Assembly (NCBI GenBank): GCA_977030845.1
Contig: OZ365110.1
Location: 41,602,001 to 41,666,000 of the forward strand
Source of the DNA: Fimbriosthenelais zetlandica
Taxonomy: Eukaryota
DNA: 64,000 nucleotides
Direction of reading: 5' to 3'
The position numbers were made by a program, and so were the translations under genes. The notes under the pieces were generated by a model, which was not told where the DNA came from, made no database searches, and was given only the letters and a program-made list of their open reading frames with translations. Position 1 is the stretch's first letter, and each line of letters opens with the position of its first letter. This document shows, piece by piece, positions 55,857-64,000 of the stretch.

Positions 55857-55907
55857 GAGCCTGTTTCAATGCAATTCTATGGCTAATATTGGTTTTGAAA
55901 CAGGCTC
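55857..55907. mobile_element. Internally deleted copy of the palindromic mini-MITE
   Basis: Perfect 12-bp TIR GAGCCTGTTTCA / TGAAACAGGCTC and a shared core tctatggctaatatt. Confidence 0.6.
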
Positions 55908-58900
55908 CAGGTTGTACCTAACAGATTCGTTAAACATACACCTTCCAACCTGTTGCTATAGTGGGCAGGCTGAAACGGCGTACAAATTCCACCTTGCGAG
56001 GTGTGAGAATATAATAGTCCACTCTCAGCCTTGCCGGCTAAAGGGCAGCAATTTGGCAGAGGGCTTGCCTCACGCTATTAAATCCCACAGGTCTTCCACG
56101 TTGACTACCTCTCCTTGGTTAATCAAACTGAAACTGGAAAAGTCTTATGGTATTATCAGGTAGTGATTCCCTTGCGTCGATCACGGTGGTCTCTTTTCCT
56201 ATAGAGTAATGCCTTTTCTTTGCCTCCTGGCTTTTTTGGGATGAAGGTGGAATAAGGTAATAGGTGAGTGAGCTCTTCTCACTGCTGGGAGAGATGCTTG
56301 GAGCAGCTCCTGTGACTGCTAGCCGTCTGTGGAAGCCACAGTGCAATGCGCTGCTTCACAGTTGAAGCCACCTTGTTCCCCCTGTCTGTTCCCGCCCCCG
56401 CTAGCCTTGCCCCTCCCTCCATCCCCCCTTACAGCCAGTCGTGCTGTCAACGCTTGACAGATGGGTTAAGGTGGATGGCATTCACAAGAGAGTAATCACA
56501 GAGATTCCTAATGCATGGACTTCTCCTTGGGCTAGGCTGCATACTGAGTCTCTCTGAGCTTTCTTATTGAGCTTGATAAATTCCTACCCATATATATACC
56601 CTAGCTTAAGGCCCAAGGAAAATTATTCAGATTTATAATTTTTTCCCCACACCACTTTTTGGCTTATGTTCAATATAGAGCCTTTACCATTTTGTGTAGT
56701 CACACTATAAATGATTGAGCAGGGAAATGGTTCTGAGCATGCAAAAACCTGTGGGCAATTAGCCTGAGGTTATTTCCGTGACTATTTCTTAACAGCTCAG
56801 CCATGTTGAAATACATTCCAACTGATAGAATGTCCTGTACAGTATGCATCGATCATTCCTCCGATGACTGTGCAACTTGGATAGAATGGTCCATCCTTCA
56901 ATCACAATATATTATCGCTGTCCACAATGTTCTTTTAGACTTTAGCGAAATTACTCATAAATATGTATAATCTATTATCATGAATGTCAAAACAATCTTT
57001 TTGCGCCGTTATTTATTCATATCAAGGAAATAGAGTTCTTCGAAGTTCTGGAGCCAATTTCAATGGAGCACTGGTAATTCGTTTTGGAACGAGCTCCTTG
57101 GACTTCATACAACTCTGTGGCCATCAGGAAAAAGGTATCGAAGCTCATTTCTGTCCAATACATCTGTCATCTACAGAAATGCTGTGTAATAAGCATCAGA
57201 GTTACATACACTTATGCCTAAGCACCGCTATTTAAGGCGTTGTGCATGTAGAAGCAGATTATGGAACAATCTCAAGACCTGTAATTGGGTTCACTTCAGG
57301 TGAAAACCATCGCTATCTCATACGATAAAATGAGACAATCCTCCATCCTTACATCATTGTCATCTGTGCAAATGATGGATGCTTATAAAAGGCCAACTGA
57401 GGTAAAAACTATTTTTAATTTTTAAAATGCTATACATACTTTAGTCATCTATTAGATAACCAGACAGATAACCGGGTATTGGGAGACCTATGATTCCTAA
57501 CAATCTATTAGCAGGGTTCCTATAATGGAGACATGAGCTGGGCCTATGGGGAATTTATTTTGTAAAGAACCCCAGGCGGAACAAATCCCTCAGGTGCTAA
57601 TTGAGATTAAAAGCTAACACCTAGAGCTCATTAACAAGGCATTGAGAGGCTCATATATTGTAAATCCAATGATGGAGCACTGCTTAATATTCTAGATCTA
57701 CCTGTTACAGCGTTCCTACCTTCAACATTCGAGCCTATTGGCTATAATTGTGAGACAACGGTATTTAACCGTATTGTATATCAAAGTAGGCCTAATTAGC
57801 TAAATATAGCAAAAAGAGGGTCTCCATTATCACCATAGTCAACTATGATTCTAGGATATACAGGTAGAGGAAACACATACAATGTAACCCAAAAGTCATT
57901 TGTACACTTTGGATAAATTTTGTCGTATATGAATAGCTGAATGAATTGAATTAATTTGAAAGTGATTAAATTTCTGCTACAGTGAAGTTCGGTCTGTATT
58001 AATTGTTATCCTTAAACTATCGTGATATTAGAGGATGGCCTGTTGAATGCTATCAATATTTATTGATAAAATATGGCATCCTAACGCCTCCATCGATGCC
58101 CTTTTATCAGATATTAGTCCCTTTATGAGCTGTTGCCGTCCATTGCTTTAGCATAGACGACAGTTGGCCGATTAATTACATGTACTTGTATGCAATTGAC
58201 AGGCCGACCTAGATCTATGACAATGTTATATTATACATGAAAAAAACAACCCGCTGGATGTAAGGATGTATCAATTAATCTATATATATCAATGCACTGT
58301 TTGAATCTATAAAGTTATCTATGAAGTTTATCAAATCTAAATAATAAGGTAGAAATTCCCTCAATGCATGTTCAGTAGTATGTTAAGTTAATGGCATTTC
58401 CATGTAACCACCTTAATGACAAGGAAAGACATGTGAACCCTCCATGTCATGGCCATCATGCCTCAGGCATTGTCTGGAAGAGAGCTATGATTCATGTCTC
58501 CAGTAATATCCATTCTCAAGACCACACTCGGGTAAAAATCTTTAAAATATGTAATTATTTGTGTATCATAGAAACCATACGCAGCCTTGAACAAGAATTA
58601 GTCATTGATTCGACAGATATATTCCAGAGGCTTTCTTTGGGTTACTCCGTAAATTAAAGGCATAAACTATAATTTAGAGGACCCGTATTGACACCGCAAT
58701 TTGGCAAATATTTTGGTCATTTAGATGCTGGTAAAATTTGTATTATCTGGAAATAATGCATAAGAGATGCTCTATCACTAAGCCTTCTTCCGGTGCATGA
58801 CTGAAGGCTGTTCGGATAACAATAGCCTATAGATGATGCCATGTCATGACCTTACATTTAGTTAATATGGCTTCTTCGCCAAGAACGCAATTCATGGCCG

Positions 58901-59997
58901 TAGTTTCCGGGGAGGGAAAAGATTATAGGGGTTATTCTATTATATTCAGGGATACCCAACCAGCAATTGATGCCTAATAAGCTAAGTAAGCAATAATAAT
59001 GTATGTACGCCCCCGCCACCCACTTCCCCCGTCCAACATAGAAGCTACACACGAGTACGCATAATTTAATAAAAGTTACAGCTTTGCACTACTAGACAAG
59101 CCTTGTCACAAAACACCCGAGAAGAAATGAGACGGACTTCTCGTTGCAATCTCACATTTCCCTGCACTTGCCAACATGGTCTGATATGGAAGTTGGATGC
59201 TCCGCGTGTAGATTTCAGAGCACTCAAACTAATCGCTTCAGACACAAGGAAAACAGCTTGCCCACAGTCACTAATGGGGAAATATTTTAGGCTTATTTCA
59301 GCACTCAACCTGACCCCACAATTCCACTAGACGAGGAATGTACAGTATTATATAGATCCAAGTAAATTTGAGGCCCTTTTAACACAATTCAAGTTTTAGG
59401 AAAAAGTGTGGGATATATAGGCTCCCTTGAGTGAACCATCTCTGAAAAAAGGACATCCACACCCCCTGCACCCACCAAAACCTTCCTTGGATCTGCCCTT
59501 GAAGTCCACGATTACCAAGAGTGCCAAATTACAGGACCACCTCCCTGTAAAATTGACAGTACAGGAGGGTTCTGTATTTTGTTGTAGAGGATTGATTAAA
59601 ATTACAGAACTGAATCTGTGAACCTGTACAGTCCTGTAACTTTTACAAGACCCCACTTTAATTTATATTTGAAGTGCACTTGGTTTTTAATAGCCCTATA
59701 CATGGCTCCCATGCCTGTTTTTACGAGTTATGGATACTTCCAAGACCTTTAATATGCCTCGGTATACCTGTTTTATTTCACATGAAGCTGACATTCGGTG
59801 ATATATTTATCTTTCCCTTTAAAGAACAGCTGACACCCATAATGAAGAATTCATGTAAGTGATAGCCGGCTTTCCCAGACACAAGAGTTCTCACTCCCCC
59901 TGAGTCAGCACAAAAACAACCAAGAAAAAAACAAATGGAACAAACCAAAACAGAAAATACAAAAACAAAAGCAAAACTGTCAGCGACTTGAATGTGG

Positions 59998-60137
59998 TGT
60001 CTCGCATAATAACGACCAGCTCATTAAAGCGACCACAAAATGGCTAAATTTGTTTCTACTTTAGTCGAAGAGTGGTCGCATTATGGAAATATATGTATTG
60101 TAGGTCCAAGATTGGTCGCATTATTGAGACCTTACTG
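59998..60137. mobile_element. Degenerate Tc1/pogo-type MITE
   Basis: Imperfect inverted ends gtctcgcataataacgacca ... tggtcgcattattgagaccttactg, with repeated GCGACCA/TGGTCGC motifs. Confidence 0.35.
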
Positions 60138-62644
60138 TTAGTAGTCGTAGTAATTACTGAGACTCTATAGATACTGTTAGTAGTCCATGAGATGTAATAT
60201 TAATCGGACTCTACTATATCCAAGAGTAGGCGAATTAGTGAGACTTAACTGTAATGTACATGGTTAATATGGCTCGGGAATTGGGAATGTTTATATAATG
60301 ATTGGCTGCATGGGTTCATTCCATCCATTTACCTGGCTGTCAGGTAGTTAGAAAGCACTGCAATATATAATGAAGCCTGGGATAGGACGAGCGGAAGCAG
60401 TACCATTAACCAAGATTTATGTTTCTTCATAAAACACCAGAGCTGAAGGGTTGAGGGTCTCCTGGCTCTAGTCTCTATGTAACCAAGCCAGCAGTAAACT
60501 ATTGTGGTTAAGCATGAACCATGAAAGTCTGGTTAAAGTCTATCTCAACTATCTTAAATTCCTTCCATCTCTGCCCTATTGTGTATCCCCTGTCCTACAC
60601 TTTAAGCAACCCCCAGGTGCACCCCTTTTCGGGATTTTCGTTTGTCTTCTTTTTCATTTGTTTTGTAGGATTTCTAACAGGGTAGCACCAAATTTTGGAC
60701 TTTCTGTTGCAACTGCCGTAAATGCGTCACCACTAATGTACTGCCAAATGTACTCTATTTGCGAGTGATTTGGCATACTGATATGGAGTTTAGACCATTA
60801 CAAAGTCAGCCATGCACAACGGCTAGTTGCAACAAAATTGCAACACTCGCAATGCCCCCGTGGAGCTACGTCAATAGTGTGGTTGGGGTGGGGCAGGGGG
60901 TGGTCGGTCGGGGCACGATCGGTCCGCAATCGGGATAGTGGCTGCTGAGTCTATAATGTTCACTGATTAAATATGATGGATTTTCTTGTCCATATCCCTC
61001 ATTAAAAGTGATGGATTTTCCCCATTTTCCTTATTAGGTCCAATTAACGGATTTTATTACAAATGTAATCAGTAATTCATTAATTCAAAAATATTATTAT
61101 CCTTGAGTCTGATCATATTTTGATTCATTTATCAAAAGAACAAGATGACAAACTGAAACTATTTCAAACGGAATTTGGTTGAAATAAAGTGTCCTTTAAA
61201 ACTTCCAACACATCTTTCTCTGATCTAGAAAATCCAAGGTAATAATATTTATCTATCATTATAAGATAGTAATTCTATACTTAGGCATAATAATCCAATG
61301 TATCATTTTCTATATACCGACAGGACTATTTAACCCGTTAATGAAAAATATAATAGATTTAATTTCTCGGTCCTTCAATCCCGCGGAGGGATACGAGTTG
61401 GCTTATATGACGTGTGGGAACGCACGCCTGTCTTTAATGCCTCTCTATAATGTAGTTCCCATGGGAACGTAATTCGATCAAACAAGTCGTCTCTCCTCCA
61501 ATTTCCTGAGACGAAGTCAAAAACAAACGTTACAAATGAGAGATTGATGGTAAAATAGTTCCCTTGAGAACGGAGGAAACTTTCGACAGGGAGATTTTTA
61601 CTTTGTAATTGCTTGTAAGTTCTATTTACAACGGCAAAGTATCTGAATCACCGACTGGTCGTTCAACATCTATCGTGGGAGGGGAAGAGCATAGTTTCAT
61701 AATTTCAACGCTACTGGTTGATAATTATAAATTAAAATCATTTACATCTGTGTTCACAAAATATATGTGATTTCATTTCTTAAAACTATTACTTGAGTTT
61801 CCCCAAATAACTCTCTCCGTGAATACCCTTCCATTTCTAGGAGTCATCAGTCATTGCCATGGTTACAAGCTACGGGGGCGCCATCTGATTTGAACTATCG
61901 GAACTACACGGAGAGAAACCGTTGTATCTCTTGATAAGATCTTTATAAGCTCTTCATGAGCAGTGTTGACACATAAAATCCAGTTAAATTTGAAATTTAA
62001 ACAACCAAGCAACTAAACAACCACCGATGTAAGCAACCAACTATGTTAAAACAATTTTTTTGCAAGAATTTAGAGGAACCAAAGAGAATGTTTCAGACAA
62101 TATAATTCCAGGTCTATAGAGCTATTAATAGTCCTACTCCTGAATAATACTACAGTAAGGACTGAGGTAGAAAGTTCTCAAGGGATTTAAGGGGAATTCC
62201 CGTCCAATTATAAAATCTCAACAAATTTCTACTGATGAAATTAACCCAGATCGATGGTATCATTTCTAAACGACTTATCCAGTCAAAAATGTTAGGAAAA
62301 GAGAAGGGAAGGGACATAATTTATTCGGGACAATTAGAGAAATAGGCCTATATCTAATTGTATCTTTGAGATAATATAGAAGACTGACGCAATAGATTAA
62401 GTACGGAATCACATTAGGCCAAACGAAAAATGGGTCGGTTAAATTAAAATGTGTACAATTATGTTTAAAAGTTATGTTTTAGTTATCAATCCCGTAGTTT
62501 AGTATATATAGGCCCTACATTTAATATGTACTTTTTTGTCATGAAACAGTCCTATCCTAATATCATTCCTATCTGTGATATTGTCTTTTTTGTTTCTTAA
62601 ACCCCAGCCGGTGGAGGGAAATCTTCTCCCGATAAGTAACTCCG

Positions 62645-62850
62645 ATAAGGCAAAAACAAGTTATTTTTGTTTCGGATTCACATAAAATTTAAGGATAGCG
62701 GAGATTTAAATTATTCAGAGTACGGTCGGAAGTTTAGATTTTTGTTTTTGTTAAAAAACGTAAAATAAGAAAAATAAAAATACCGATGTCGGCAATTTTA
62801 TGGGGTCTTTTATGACGGTCGGTCGGTATTATTTTGTTTGACCTTTTATC
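62645..62850. mobile_element. Non-autonomous DNA-transposon-like repeat fragment
   Basis: taaggcaaaaacaagttatttttgtttcggat... and aaaataaaaataccga / gtcggtcggtattattttg inverted motifs typical of invertebrate MITEs. Family not assigned. Confidence 0.3.
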
Positions 62851-62948
62851 ATAAGATAAAAAAACGATAAGCTAGGGGAACAGCATAACCAATTTATAAT
62901 AGAACATAGTATATGGCTTCTTGGATGGGAAAAATGGTATAAACTTAC

Positions 62949-63035
62949 CTCCGAGTGAAGCCGTATGAACGGACGTCATTAGGAATATCATAATTTACTC
63001 ACCTAGAAACAAGAAGAGAAATAAACTATTAGTTT
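62949..63035 (-). promoter_or_regulatory. Putative recursive splice site with a 54-nt cryptic exon
   Basis: Minus strand: aaactaatagtttatttctcttcttgtttctag|GTGAGTaaattatga...cactcggag|GTAAGT. CTAAT branch-like motif upstream; exon 63002-62949 has a stop in all three frames. Confidence 0.6.
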
Positions 63036-63465
63036 TGATGAATAAAAACTGTCAGCTATAGGAAATGATCATTTTAAACTGTTTTCAACATGTCCTTCAG
63101 CAGTATACATTGTCAACAGGAACTGTCTCCTTGAAAAGACTGAAGAAGACAGGTAGGAAATTTGTATTTCATGTTAATTGAACATTGGCCGAATCTTTTA
63201 TAACTTGGAAAATAATTTTTCAAATAAAATCTCTAGATGTTGCATGGATGTTCTTGTTGGCTCTGGTGAGAATCTGAGGCGAGGCAGCAGCGATTCACTG
63301 AACTCCCCAGGAGACATGCCACTACTGTCATACCACCTGTTATTTCATAGTGGAACTAAATTGTATCCAGGAGCTTCAGTATCTGACTCCATTCTTCTAG
63401 TTCTCGTGATTTCAAGAAGGTATGGTGCCTGCAGTCTCCCCAGTTACGGCTACTCATAGTCTGCA

Positions 63466-63620
63466 TTTAGAGGATATACCACGGCTTCGGGTCGAGGCTA
63501 ATATTTCATATATACTCACGAGGGCTGATATCGAATAGTTCACAAATATTGTAAATAGATTCCCTTTTCCGCGTGTTAGATACAAAATAATTGTCTTTCT
63601 CGCTCGCTTCTCGCCCGTGT
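63466..63620 (+). mobile_element. Possible Crypton-like non-autonomous element end
   Basis: TTAGAGGATATACCACGG...ACTCACGAG resembles the TAGAGGATATTACACGG-type ends of marine invertebrate elements (recalled, not verified). Confidence 0.25.
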
Positions 63621-63715
63621 ATATACATTTGTCAGTTTCTGGGTCATGTTTCTGGGTGTGCAAAGGTGTGCAAATGGACTATTATAGGCATAATGTCTTG
63701 GTCACATTCATCCAA

Positions 63716-63784
63716 GCCTTCATGGCCTAATTGGTAGAGCGTCAGACTTGTAAACTCAAGGTTGTGAGTTCAAGTCACTTGGCG
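63716..63784 (+). pseudogene. tRNA-Lys-like degenerate tRNA / SINE head
   Basis: GCCTTCATGGCCTAATTGGTAGAGCGTCAGACTTGTAAACTCAAGGTTGTGAGTTCAAGTCACTTGGCG has an A-box and a B-box (GAGTTCAAGTC) and resembles tRNA-Lys(TTT) GGTAGAGCATCAGACTTTTAATCTGAGGG. Anticodon and T stems are broken. Confidence 0.6.
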
Positions 63785-63893
63785 TTCCTTGTGAATTTTG
63801 ACAATAGTGTTACTTTTATCCCGACCCACCTCCCTACTTTGAGTGCCTTCATACACGTCCCTCTTACTTGTGTGGTGATCTGGGTAACAATGA

Positions 63894-63964
63894 GTCAGGA
63901 TAGTGTAGTGGTTAGCACACTCGCTTCGAATGTGAGAGGTCCTGGGCACGATTCCTGGTATGGC
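63894..63964 (+). pseudogene. Second degenerate tRNA-like sequence / SINE head (Val-like D-arm, Pro-like anticodon arm)
   Basis: GTCAGGATAGTGTAGTGGTTAGCACACTCGCTTCGAATGTGAGAGGTCCTGGGCACGATTCCTGGTATGGC has an intact A-box, an anticodon stem CTCGC/GTGAG, a degenerate B-box (CACGATT) and a poor acceptor stem. Confidence 0.55.
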
Positions 63965-64000
63965 AGCACGCTTTCGTTTACAACTTGCATCACTTTTCAG

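Noticed and set aside
61838-61870. CTGATGA...GAAA possible hammerhead ribozyme core (minus strand)
   Set aside because: No stem II pairing between CTGATGA and GAAA. Other CTGATGA sites also lack the required stems.

Overview
This is eukaryotic, essentially non-coding DNA (about 40% GC, two N-gaps, microsatellites, many decayed TE/MITE fragments). Frequent TAGGCCTA/TACATGTA motifs and the MITE types suggest a marine invertebrate, possibly an echinoderm; that is a low-confidence inference. No complete protein-coding gene is visible, and the ORF track is almost all noise. The window reads best as very long intron(s) of a minus-strand host gene. It has one credible first coding exon (49828-49459; strong acceptor, AAAATGG start, 90 codons ending ...SRHRKRRATIPWSQK, donor AG|GTAAAG). 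It also has three unrelated minus-strand elements with the same architecture: pyrimidine tract-YAG|GTGAGT-(43, 46, 54 nt)-|GTAAG, at 8254, 39365 and 63002, spaced 24-31 kb apart. That is the signature of recursive splice sites (ratchet points) with short cryptic RS-exons, and it is the most interesting signal here. Other content: a decayed ankyrin-repeat sequence, an SPT5-like KOW fragment, a Harbinger-like mini-hairpin family, two 204-bp Kolobok-like MITEs, two tandem degenerate tRNA-derived heads, and several short tandem and inverted repeats. Everything was judged by eye; no database searches were run.
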